In this document: positions 18,784 through 34,152 of the stretch, piece by piece | Layout: every line of letters begins with the position of its first letter | Position numbering within the stretch: the stretch's first letter is position 1 | From: Octopus vulgaris | Lineage: Eukaryota | Direction: 5' to 3' | Assembly: GCA_951406725.2 (NCBI GenBank) | Contig: OX597830.1 | Location: 1,240,001 to 1,304,000 of the forward strand | DNA length: 64,000 nucleotides | The notes under the pieces: model-generated | Seen by the model: only the letters and a program-made list of their open reading frames with translations | What the model was told of the DNA's origin: nothing | Database searches by the model: none | Translations under genes and position numbers: made by a program

Positions 18784-20239
18784 CTGACCTCACACATCAG
18801 CAAGGTCATGGAACGAATAGTCAGAAGGAAACTAATCACCTTCCTTGAAGAAAATGACTTGCTGCCTGACACCCAACATGGTTTCCGACCAGGAAGAAGC
18901 TGCTTAACTCAGCTCCTGCAGCACTATGACTGGGTGCTGAAACAACTGCTCAACCACTCAAATGTGGAAGTCATATATCTCGACTTCGCAAAGGCCTTCG
19001 ATAAAGTCGATCATGGAATGATATGTCACAAACTGCGTGATCTTGGCATAGTTGGAAAACTAGGAGAATGGCTTCACGACTTTCTGAAGAATAGAAGTCA
19101 GGTGGTAGTAGCCAATGGGGCCACTTCCATTAGCACGCAAATAGTGAGCGGTGTTCCACAGGGCACTGTTTTGGGACCACTACTGTTCATAATGGCCCTC
19201 TCAGACATGCCCTCAGCCACGCGGAGAGCCACGATCACAAGTTATGCAGATGATACAAAAGTTTCACAGGCAATACAGAACCCTGAAGACACTAGGCACC
19301 TGCAATATGAGCTGGACGAAATTTACAAGTGGGCTGAAAAGAATAGCATGCAGTTCAATGCTGAAAAGTTTCAAGCTTTATACTATCAGCATGCAAAACT
19401 GAATGCAATACCCAAGAAATACACTGGACCCGGAGGGATTGCAATCCCAGAGGCACAATTAGTGCGTGACCTGGGTATTCACATGAGTGATGACGCGACC
19501 TTTCATGTACATGTTGCTAAACTGACAGTGAAATGCAGACGCCTGGCTGGATGGATTCTTAGAACCTTTAGAACAAGAGAACAAGAAACCATGATGGTCC
19601 TCTGGAAGACACTTGTCCTAAGTCACTTTGACTATTGCTCTCAGCTATGGTCACCATCCAGTGTCAAGTTGATCACAGAACTTGAGGCGATGCAACGAAG
19701 CTACACGAAGAAGATAGCCTCTATGCAGAATGTAAGCTACTGGGAAAGACTCAAGAGATTAAAATTATATTCCCTGGAGCGTAGGCGGGAAAGATATGCC
19801 ATAATATACATCTGGAAGATCCTGGAGGAAGTGTCCTGAACTTTGGCATCGAGAGTTACGCAAACGCCAGAACTGGGCGCCACTGCGTGGTGCCTAGGAC
19901 TCCAAACTTGCCATCAAGATGTAGGACAAGATTCTGTGATAGCCTGGGCTTCCGAGGCCCACAGCTCTTCAATATCCTCCCGATGAACCTGAGAGACCTG
20001 CATGGGGTGGATACAGATGTCTTTAAAATGGAGCTGGATCTCTTCCTGTCAGGTGTCCCAGATGAACCAACTTCACGGCAGGAGGGGCAGATGAGGGCAG
20101 CTGCATCAACTCTCTCATGCACCAAATAGCAGTTGCTAAAAGCCTCCATGAAGTGAAACCAAGTAGCAACACCAAATGGCGGTGCCCCAGCATGGCCACA
20201 GCTCATGAGCTGAAACTGGAATCAATCAATCAATCAATC

Positions 20240-20240
<1 letters not shown>
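18784..20240 (+). mobile_element. Family A LINE, 5'-truncated, fused head-to-head to the previous copy
   Basis: RT ORF with LDFAKAFD and YADD; (ATCA)n tail to 20240. Confidence 0.95.
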
Positions 20241-20300
<60 letters not shown>

Positions 20301-20302
20301 AA

Positions 20303-20466
20303 TTGATTGATTGATTGATTGATTCTAGTTTCAGCTTATGAGCTGTGGCCATGCTGGGGCACCGCCATTTGGTGTTGCTACTTGGTTTCACTTCATGGGG
20401 CTTTCTAGCAACTGCTATTTGGTGCATGAGAGAGTTCGATGCAGCCGCCCTCATATATGCAGCCGC

Positions 20467-20468
<2 letters not shown>
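20303..20468 (-). mobile_element. Family A LINE 3' stub (~150 bp)
   Basis: (TGAT)n tail, 3' motif and ORF2 end; 12-nt duplication at the 5' junction. Confidence 0.92.
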
Positions 20469-20541
<73 letters not shown>

Positions 20542-20768
20542 TATATAAATATATATATAAATATATATATTTATAAATATATATATATATATAAATATAT
20601 ATATAAATATATATATTTATAAATATATATATACATAAATATATATATATATATATATATATAAATATATATATATAAATATATATATATTAATATATAT
20701 ACAAATATATATATATACATAAATCTATATATATATATATATATAAATATATAAATATATATATATAA

Positions 20769-20828
<60 letters not shown>

Positions 20829-20933
20829 ATACGTATACATAGATATACATACATATATATATATATATATATACATATATATATACATATACATACATAT
20901 ATATATGTATACATATATATATTATATATACAA

Positions 20934-21921
20934 ATAGTAAAATAATGATAAGAGTAAATAATTTCTATAAAGGCTTTTAAAAAAAACCCCAATTATTTAC
21001 TGGTAGAATTCGGTATGTAAATATAGCCGATTACCGGCAGGAACTTCTGTAAAGTTCAGTATATATATTGTATATAAGAAAAAGGGACAGGCAAAACAGG
21101 TTGCTTGACCGCATACCGAAAAAATAGAAATAGCAGTCAAGAATGCTTATTTCTATCAAAGTTTGACTCTGGGCATGACAGACCCTGTAATTCACATATG
21201 CAAAACAGAAGGAATAGATAACGAATACGAAGTCTGGCGGTTATCTGTGAACATCATGTTTCTGGATTATAAACATATTGAATATATATTCCATATATTT
21301 TTGATATATATTTCATATATACTGCAAATATATTTCACATCCTTCTTCAGCACAGCTTTCCATTGAAAAAGATTTATCATAGATTTATCAAATGCTACGT
21401 ACCTCAAACCTTCTGACCATGCGACATCAAAATATTTGAAGAAAGTGAGCAAAGGCTAAATCTACATAGACGTTTGAATTCATAAATCTTCCCTCCAAAA
21501 TTCTGCCATGCGCACTACAAAAATAGGCTGTCAAAGGGAGTGAAAAATCCAATCCAGAAACATGATGTTCACAGATAACCGCCAGACTTCGTATTCGTTA
21601 TCTATTCCTTCTGTTTTGCATATGTGTATTACAGGGTCTGTCATGCCCGGAGTCCAACTTTGATAGAAATAAGCATTCTTGACTGCTATTTCTATTTTTT
21701 CGGTATGCGGTCAAGCAACCTGTTTTGCCTGTCCCTTTTTCTTATATACAATATATATACTGAACTTTACAGAAGTTCCTGCCGGTAATCGGCTATATTT
21801 ACATACCGAATTCTACCAGTAAATAATTGGGGTTTTTTTAAAAGCCTTTATAGAAATTATTTACTCTTATCATTATATTACTATTTGGATTTTTCACTCC
21901 CTTTGACAGCCTATTTTTGTA
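20934..21921. mobile_element. Foldback element, ~335 bp inverted arms plus nested inversion, with hammerhead
   Basis: 20934-21268 is the reverse complement of 21551-21884; 21885-21921 is the reverse complement of ~21516-21552. Confidence 0.82.
21245..21355 (-). ncRNA. Type I hammerhead ribozyme motif with long stem II
   Basis: CTGTG-CTGAAGA-aGGAT...ATCCa-GAAACA(TGA)TGT-T-CACAG. Confidence 0.65.
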
Positions 21922-21923
21922 AT

Positions 21924-24255
21924 TCCACCAGCTGAAAGCAAATCCTAGTGACCTCCCTCCAGCCCACCCATTTGACAACGTGGATCTCCATAATACCAAC
22001 TGGGATGCAATCAGGAACGAGCTATCACATGTTGACTGGTCCTTTACACATACACACATCTCCACCAACCATAAAACATCTTGGCAGATCTTTGTAGACA
22101 CCGTCACAGACATGTGCAAAACACTCCCCACCAAGACCTGTGAACGAAAAGTGCAGAATCCCCCAAAACAGAAAAACCATTATCAGAAAAATAAAAAGAA
22201 CAAACAAAAAAATTAACAAACTAAAGTACTGCCAACAGCAACACACACATTCGACGGCTATCGCACTGCTTGAATCCAAAAAATATAACCTCCAACAATG
22301 CATGAAGACCCTCATCAATAACCAAAGATCAGCTGAGGAGAAGTGGGCCATTGAAAAAATCAAACTCAACCCCAAAGTGTTCTTTTCATTTGCGAGGAAA
22401 CGCAGGGTCACTGTCTCCATTGTTGGCCCTCTAATTGATGAAACTGGCACTCTCCAAGATAATGCCAAATCCATGGCCGAGATACTGCAGAAACAATACT
22501 GCTCTGTTTTCAGCAATCCTGATATGGCCGATCTGGGCTGTATCAGTGATGTCAACCCCCAACACACTATATCGGACATAACGTTTAGTGCCCCTGATGT
22601 CTTAGTGGCGATAAACGAAATAAAACACAATTCAGCAGTAGGCCCCGATAGGTTCTCTGCTTGTGTCCTGAAGGTGTGTCGACACCAACTTGCATCTCCC
22701 CTTGCTAATCTGTGGAGAAACTCACTGGATGCTGGCTATATTACAAAAAACCTTCTGTCCCAGTCTGTTGTCCCAGTTTTCAAAAAGGGAAACAAGTCCC
22801 TTGTAGTGAACTACCGTCCGATCTCACTCATCTCTCATATCATCAAGGTATTTGAGAGGGTGGTGAGATCTCGAATAACCCAATTTCTGGAAAGCAACAG
22901 ACGGCTGATCTCTTACCAACATGGGTTCCGTAATAGAAGGGACTGCCTAACGCAGCTCCTGCATCACTTTGATGACATTTTGAGACCTTTGGGAGAGAGC
23001 TCCAACACCGATGTCATCTACCTTGATTTCAGTAAGGCCTTCGACAGGGTCGATCACAAGATCCTATTGAAAAAACTATCCAACATTGGTGTCTCTGGAA
23101 AGTTACTGAAATGGATCAAGTGTTTCCTGACAGACAGATCTCAACATGTTGTAGTTGAAGGGGTAAAATCAAGCCCAGCCAAAGTCAGTAGTGGCGTTCC
23201 GCAAGGCACTGTGCTGGGCCCACTTCTTTTCATCATTTACATTAATGACATTAATGATATCATCAAGCACAGCAACATAAAAATCTTTGCAGATGATTCC
23301 AAGCTACAGAAGGTCATAAATGAGGCGAGTGACCGGACATGCCTTCAGTCAGATCTACTGGCTGTTATCCAATGGGCAGAAAAAAACAATATGCTGCTGA
23401 ACGAGGATAAATTTGAGTTAATCCACTTTGGAAAAGAGGATGCCCTCAAACTCCCATACTCCCTTCCTTCAGGTGAAACTCTCGTGGCGTCCAACAACAT
23501 CAGAGACTTGGGAGTAATTGTGGACAACAACATAAGCAGGGCCACTCATATAAACACCAAAGTTGACATGGCCCACAGAATGTGTTCCTGGATTCTCAGA
23601 ACTTTCCAGTCGAGAGATATCCACACCATTATCCTTCTCTTCTCTACTTATGCCCGACCTCACCTTTAATACTGTTATCCACTGTGGTCTCCCCACACAA
23701 TACAAGGTATCATAAAAGTTGAAGCACCTCAAAGGGCAATCACAAAAAAGATAGATGGCATGACAGGCCTCGACTATATGGGTGGACTAGAAAAGCTAAA
23801 ACTTTATTCTCTCCAACGTCGTCGTGAGCGCTACATCATCTGCATGATGTGGAAAATATTCCATCAGCATTGCCCAAGTGATGTTGGTATCACCTTTAAG
23901 GTACATCCAAGGCTTGGGCCCCGTGCCATCCGCCCAAAACAAAAATCGCACTCTCATCTCATAACAACAATACGGCACAATTATTTCACCTCAATTGGAC
24001 CCGCTCTCTTAAACATTACACCAAAACACATTAAAACAGAAACTGACCCTATAGGGTTCAAGAAGTCTTTGGACAGATTCCTTCAAGAAATCCCGGATAA
24101 ACCCCCTACACCCGGATATGTCTCTGTAAACAATAACTCTCTACTTGAGTGGGCCATAGTGCCCAAATTCTGACTTGAAAGACTTCACCAGGTGGTGCTA
24201 TTAAGTTAGACATGGCCTGGGCCAATAATGGCCGAAACCTATCGAAGTATCAAAG
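21924..24255 (+). mobile_element. Divergent LINE, family B, 5'-truncated
   Basis: ORF 22140-23669 ([23 protein letters not shown]) and 23760-24173; 3' CATGGCC..GGCC(AATAAT)GGCC-GAAAC; TATCRAAG tail. Confidence 0.93.
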
Positions 24256-26392
<2,137 letters not shown>

Positions 26393-28280
26393 TGATTTGA
26401 TTTTGATTGATTTTGATTTTTCCAGTTTCAGCTAATGAGCTGTGGCCATGCTGGGGCATCGCCATTTGGTTTGCTACACGGGTTTACCTCACGGATGCTT
26501 TTTAGAAGACGCCATCTGATGCATGAGAGAGTTCGATGCAGCTGCCCTCATCTGCACCTCCTGCCGTGAAGTTGGTTCATCCGGGACACCTGAAAGGAAG
26601 AGATCCAGTCCTACTTTAAAGACATCCGCATCTACACCATGCAGGTCCCTGAGGTTCTTCAGGAGGACATTGAAGAGCCGTGGGCCTCTGAAGCCCAGGC
26701 TATCACAATATCTTGTCCTACACCTTGATGGCAAATTTGGAGTCCTTGGTACTACGCAGTGGCGTCCGGTTCTGGCGTTTGTGTGACTCTCGATGCCAAA
26801 GTCTGGGACAAGACCTTCCAGGATCTTCCAGATATATATTATGGTATATCTTTCTCGCCTACCCTCCAGGGAATAGAGCTTTAATCTCTTGAGTCTCTCC
26901 CAGTAGCTCGTATGCTGCACAGAGGCTATCTTCTTCGTGTAGCTTCGTTGGATCGCCTCAAGTTCTGTGATCAACTTGACACTGGATGGTGACCATAGCT
27001 GAGAGCAATAGTCAAAGTGGCTTAGGACAAGTGTCTTCCAGAGGACCATCATGGTTTCTTGTTCTCTTGTTCTAAAGGTTCTAAGAATCCATCCAGGCAG
27101 CCGTCTGCATTTCATTGTCAGTTTAGCAACATGTACATGAAAGGTCGCGTCATCACTCATGTGAAAACCCAGGTCACGCACTGATTGTGCCTCTGGGATT
27201 GCTATTCCTCCGGGTCGAGTGTATTCATTGGGTATTGCATTCAGTTTTGCATGCTGATAGTATAAAGCTTGAAACTTTTCAGCATTGAACTGCATGCTAT
27301 TCTTTTCAGCCCACTTGTATATTTCGTCCAGCTCACATTGCAGGTGCTTAGTGTCTTCAGGGTTCTGTATTGCCGGTGAAACTTTTGTATCATCTGCATA
27401 ACTTGTGATCGTGGCTCTCCGCGTGGCTGAGGGCATGTCTGAGAGGGCCATTATGAACAGTAGTGGTCCCAAAACAGTGCCCTGTGGAACACCGCTCACA
27501 ATTTGCGTGCTAATGGAAGTGGCCCCATTGGCTACTACCACCAGACTTCTATTCTTTAGAAAGTCATGAAGCCATTCTCCTAGATTTCCAACTATGCCAA
27601 GATCACGCAGTTTGTGACATATCATCCCATGATCGACTTTATCGAAGACCTTTGCGAAGTCGAGATATATGACTTCCACATTTGAGTGGTTGAGCAGTTG
27701 TTTCAGCACCCAGTCATAGTGCTGCAGGAGCTGAGTTAAGCAGCTTCTTCCTGGTCGGAAACCATGTTGGGTGTCAGGCAGCAAGTCATTTTCTTCAAGG
27801 AAGGTGATTAGTTTCCTTCTAACTATTCGTTCCATGACCTTGCTGATGTGTGAGGTCAGAGAGATAGGTCTGTAGTTCTTGGCCTCCGCTCTGCTACATC
27901 CTTTATGAATAGGGCATATTTTACCTTCCTTCAGTTTTCTTGGAAGTTTGCTAGCTGCAAGGAAGCTCTGAAAGAGGAACTGCAGTGGTCTTGCTAGGAC
28001 TCTCTTACATACTTTTAGGAGGATTGCAGGGAATCCATCGGGGCCAATAGCTGAGTCTGTTTTCATTTCATCTATAGTCTTTATTATATCGTCTTCCATT
28101 ATATCGATGTAATTTATCGTCGCCGCCTCTAATCCTATATCTGCAGTGGTAAAGAAGTCAGTTGGATTGCTGATTTGGAAATGCCCAACGGGTGGGGTGA
28201 AAACACTCTTGAATTGTTCATTCAGTATTTCACTTACCCTCATTGGTTTTCCTGTGAGTGTGCCGTACTTTTCAAGGAGT
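26393..28280 (-). mobile_element. Family A (subfamily A2) LINE, 5'-truncated, RT-to-C-terminus frame uninterrupted
   Basis: Open frame 26489-28278; (AAATC/AAAATC)n tail. Confidence 0.95.
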
Positions 28281-28562
28281 ATATATATATATATATACAA
28301 ATATATATACATATATACATACATATATATATATACATATATATATACATATATACATACATATATACATATATACATATATATATACATATATACATAT
28401 ATATATACATATATACATATATATATACATATCTATATACATATATACATATATACATATATATATACATATATACATATATATATACATATATACATAT
28501 ATATATACATAAATATATACATATATACATATATATATACATATATATATACATATATATAA

Positions 28563-28593
<31 letters not shown>

Positions 28594-28608
28594 TATATAT
28601 ATACATAC

Positions 28609-28643
<35 letters not shown>

Positions 28644-29165
28644 CATATATACATATATATACATATATATACATATATATACATATATATACATATACAT
28701 ACATATATACATATATACATATATATACTTATATATATACATATATATATATACATATATACATATATATATATACATATATATATACATATATACATAT
28801 ATATATATACATATATATATACATATATATATATACATATATACATATACATACATATATACATGCATACATATACATATATATACATATATGCATACAT
28901 ATATATATATACATATATACATACATATATATATAGATATATACATACATATATATATATACATATATACATACATATATATATATATACCTATATACAT
29001 ACATATATATATATATACATACATATATATATATGCATATATACATACATATATATATATACATATATACATACATATATATATATACATACATATATAT
29101 ATATACATACATATATATATACATATATATAAACATATATACATACATATATATATACATATATG

Positions 29166-29218
<53 letters not shown>

Positions 29219-29475
29219 CTATACATATATACATATACATATATATATATACATACATACATATACATATATATATACATATACATATATATATACATAT
29301 ACATATATATATATATACATATATACATATACATATATATATATACATATACATATATATATATACTTATACGTATGTATATATATATGTATATATACAT
29401 ATATACATATACATATATATATATACATATACATATATACATATACATATATACATATACATATATATATATACA

Positions 29476-29506
<31 letters not shown>

Positions 29507-29507
29507 A

Positions 29508-29538
<31 letters not shown>

Positions 29539-29600
29539 ATATACATATATACAAATACACATATATACATATACATATATATATATACATATATACAAAT

Positions 29601-29634
<34 letters not shown>

Positions 29635-29656
29635 ATACATATACGTATATATATAC

Positions 29657-29688
<32 letters not shown>

Positions 29689-29766
29689 ACATATGTATGC
29701 ATATACATATATATACATATATATACATATACATATATATACATATATATATATACATATATATAT
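28281..29766. repeat. TA/TACA array
   Basis: Direct reading. Confidence 0.95.
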
Positions 29767-30064
29767 CCTGGGCTTCCGAGGCCCACAGCTCTTCAATATC
29801 CTCCTCCGATGAACCTGAGAGACCTGCATGGGGTGGATACAGATGTCTTTAAAATGGAGCTGGATCTCTTCCTGTCAGGTGTCCCAGATGAACTAACTTC
29901 ACGGCAGGAGGGGCAGATGAAGGCAGCTGCATCGAACTCTCTCATGCACCAAATAGCAGTTGCTAGAAAGCCTCCATGAAGTGAATCCAAGTAGCAACAC
30001 CAAATGGCGGTGCTACAGCATGGCCACAGCTCATAAGCTGCAACTGGAATCAATCAATCAATCA
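29767..30064 (+). mobile_element. Family A LINE 3' stub
   Basis: [13 protein letters not shown] sequence, 3' motif, ATCA tail. Confidence 0.92.
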
Positions 30065-31119
30065 TAATGGCCCTCTCAATCAATCATAATGGCCCTCTCA
30101 GACATGCCCTCAGCCACGCAGAGAGCCACGATCACAAGTTATGCAGATGATACAAAAGTCTCACAGGCAATACAGAACCCTGAGGACACTAAACACCTGC
30201 AATGTGAGCTGGACGAAATATACAAGTGGGCTGAAAAGAATAGCATGCAGTTCAATGCTGGAAAGTTTCAAGCTTTATACTATCAGCATGCAAAACTGAA
30301 TGCAATACCCAATGAATACACTGGACCCGGAGGGATTGCAATCCCAGAGGCACAATCAGTGCGTGACCTGAGTATTCACATGAGTGATGACGCGACCTTT
30401 CATGTACATGTTGCTAAACTGACAATGAAATGTAGACGGCTGGCTGGATGGATTCTTAGAACCTTTAGAACAAGAGAACAAGAAACCATGATGGTCCTCT
30501 GGAAGACACTTGTCCTAAGCCACTTTGACTATTGCTCTCAGCTATGGTCACCATCCAGTGTCAAGTTGATCACAGAACTTTAGGCGATCCAACGAAGCTA
30601 CACAAAGAAGATAGCCTCTATGCAGAATGTAAGCTACTGGGAAAGACTCAAGAGATTAAAATTATATTCCCTGGAGCGTAGGCGGGAAAGATATGCCATA
30701 ATATACATCTGGAAGATCCTGGAGGGAAGTGTCCTGAACTTTGGCATCGAGAGTTACGCAAATGCCAGAACTGGGCGCCACTGCGTGGTGCCTAGGACTC
30801 CAAACCTGCCATCAAGATGTAGGACAAGATTCTGTGATAGCCTGGGCTTCCGAGGCCCACAGCTCTTCAATATCCTCCCGAAGAACCTGAGAGACCTGCA
30901 TGGGGTGGATACAAATGTCTTTAAAATGAAGCTGGATCTCTTCCTTTCAGGTGTCCCAGATGAACCAACTTCACGGCAGGAGGGGCAGATGAGGGCAGCT
31001 GCATCGAACTCTCTCATGCACCAAATAGCAGTTGCTAGAAAGCCTCCATGAAGTGAAACCAAGTAGCAACACCAAATGGCGGTGCCCCAGCATGGCCACA
31101 GCTCATAAGCTGAAACTAG

Positions 31120-31152
<33 letters not shown>
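30062..31152 (+). mobile_element. Family A LINE, 5'-truncated, in tandem directly after the previous tail
   Basis: ORFs 30089-30583 (YADD) and 30620-31051; ATCA tail. Confidence 0.94.
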
Positions 31153-31153
<1 letters not shown>

Positions 31154-31296
31154 ACATATATATACATACATATACATATTATAAATATACATATATATAT
31201 ACATATATATATACATATACATATATACATATACATATACATATATATATGCATATACATATATATATACATATACATATATATATACATATACAT

Positions 31297-31328
<32 letters not shown>

Positions 31329-31664
31329 GTATACATATACATATATATATACATATACATAGATATATACATATACATATATATATACATATACATATAT
31401 ATATATACATATACATATATATACATATACATATATATACATATACCTATACATACATATACATATATATATACATATACATATATATATACATATGTAT
31501 ATACATATACATATACATATACATATATATATACATATACATATACATATATATATACATTTACATATACATATACATATATATATATACATATACATAT
31601 ATATACATATACCTATACATACATATACATATATATATACATATACATATATATATACATATAT

Positions 31665-31711
<47 letters not shown>

Positions 31712-32001
31712 TATATATATATATATACATATACATACATATATATACATATATATATATATACATATACATACATATATATATATATACATATACATAC
31801 ATATATATATATATATATACATACATATATATATATACATACATATATATATATATACATACATATACATATATATATACATATACATATGTATATATAT
31901 ACATATATATATACATATACATATGTATATATATATACATATATATATATATACATATATATATACATATATATATATACATATATACATATATACATAC
32001 A

Positions 32002-33922
32002 TTTAAATTTGCGAAAGAAACCACCTCGGTACACTGCAAGATTGGCCCACTCTTTGATAAAAAGGGCTCTCTAACTGAGGACCCCCAAGGGATAAGTGAA
32101 ATACTAAAGGAACAGTATAAAAGTGTGTTCACATCCCCTCTGGGGCACATGCAAATCACAAACCCAGAAGTTTTCTTTGATGCCACAACACTCCAAAACC
32201 AAACAACAACCATCGACCACATAGACATAACAGAGAGGGATGTAATATCTGCCATAGAAGAAATGAGAATAAACTCAGCTGCTGGACCAGATGGATTCCC
32301 AGCAGTCCTCCTAAAAACATGCAGGCATGCCCTAGCAGGACCACTGAAGAAGCTCTTCAGTGGTTCCTTGGCTAACGGTAAACTGCCCAGGGCGCTTAAA
32401 GAAGGCACCATATGCCCTATCCACAAAGGAGGGAGTAGAGCAGAGGCCAAAAACTACAGGCCAGTCTCCCTGACGTCACACATAAGTAAGGTCATGGAAC
32501 GAATCATCAGAAAAAAACTGATCACGTTCCTCGAAGAAACTAACCGTCTCACTGACACACAGCATGGCTTTCGCCCAGGAAGAAGCTGCCTTACGCAGCT
32601 GTTACAACACTACGACTGGGTACTGAAACAACTACTGGATCGCTCACAGGTGGATGTGGTATATCTCGACTTTGCGAAGGCCTTTGACAAAGTCGACCAC
32701 GGAGTGATATGTCACAAATTACTCAGACTCGGCATAACAGGAAAAGTAGGTGAGTGGATACATGACTTCCTGAAGGACAGAAGCCAGATGGTTGCAGCCA
32801 ATGGAGCCCTCTCGGGAAAGACACCAATAGCAAGCGGGGTGCCACAGGGCACAGTCTTGGGACCCTTGCTGTTTTTGGTGGCGCTCTCTGACATGCCCTT
32901 GGTAGCACAAACAACATCCCTCACTAGCTATGCTGATGACACAAAGGTAGCACAGGCAATCAAAAACCCAGCTGATGCTGACCTTTTACAACAAGATCTG
33001 GATGCCATATACAAATGGGCTGAAGACAACAACATGCAATTTAATGCTGGCAAATTTCAAGCCTTACAATATCAAGCTGTAAACACATATACATTACAAC
33101 ACAACTATACTGGTCCAGGAGGGATCGAAATCCCAGTATCGAAATCAATACGGGAACTGGGGATAGACATGAGTGACGATGCATCTTTTTCTTCACACAT
33201 CGCGAAGGTGGCGACAATGTGCAGACGACTCACTGGCTGGATCCTGAGGACATTCCGGACAAGAGACTGCGAGACCATGTTGACACTATGGAGGACATTT
33301 GTCCTAAGCCGCCTGGACTACTGCTCCCAACTGTGGTCACCGCATAGTGTCAAACTAACCACAGAGCTTGAGACAATCCAAAGACATTTCACCAAGAGGA
33401 TTTCCACCATGAAAGAAAAGAACTATTGGGAGAGGCTTAGGGAACTCAATTTGTACTCCTTGGAACGAAGACGAGAGAGATATGCAGTGATATACATATG
33501 GAAAATCCTGGAGGGACTAGCACCAAATTTTGGAATTGAGAGCTGTTCCAATCCCCGTACAGGACGTCACTGTGTGGTGCCAAAGGTCCCGTCTTCCACA
33601 TCCAGGGTAAGGAGCAGATACTGTAATAGCCTGGGGTTCAGGGGCCCTCAGCTTTTCAACAAACTGCCAAGAAAACTAAGAGATCTACATGATGCGGATG
33701 TGGACATTTTCAAAAAACATCTAGACAAGCTGCTTTCCAGGATCCCAGATGAACCCACTGCAAGGTACGAAGGTAACCTAAGGGCAGCAGCTACAAACTC
33801 TCTCTTAGATCAGTGGCCAGCCACGGCAAACTGGACTTAGAGAGGGTAGCAACAAGGGCGGTGCCCCAGCATGGCCTCAGCCGGATGGCTGAAACAAGTA
33901 AAAGAGTAAAAGAGTAAAAGAG
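32002..33922 (+). mobile_element. LINE family C, 5'-truncated, RT frame uninterrupted
   Basis: Open frame 32002-33840 ([12 protein letters not shown]); 3' AGCC(GGAT)GGCT-GAAAC; (GTAAAAGA)n tail. Confidence 0.95.
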
Positions 33923-33938
33923 TATACATATACATATA

Positions 33939-34052
<114 letters not shown>

Positions 34053-34152
34053 TATTCATATATATATATACATATACATATATATATATACATATATATA
34101 TATACATACATATATGCATATATATATACATATACATATATATATACATATA

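Noticed and set aside
31495-33840. 781-aa ORF as an intact gene (likewise 26489-28390, 58190-59401)
   Set aside because: N-terminus is microsatellite read-through into a 5'-truncated LINE
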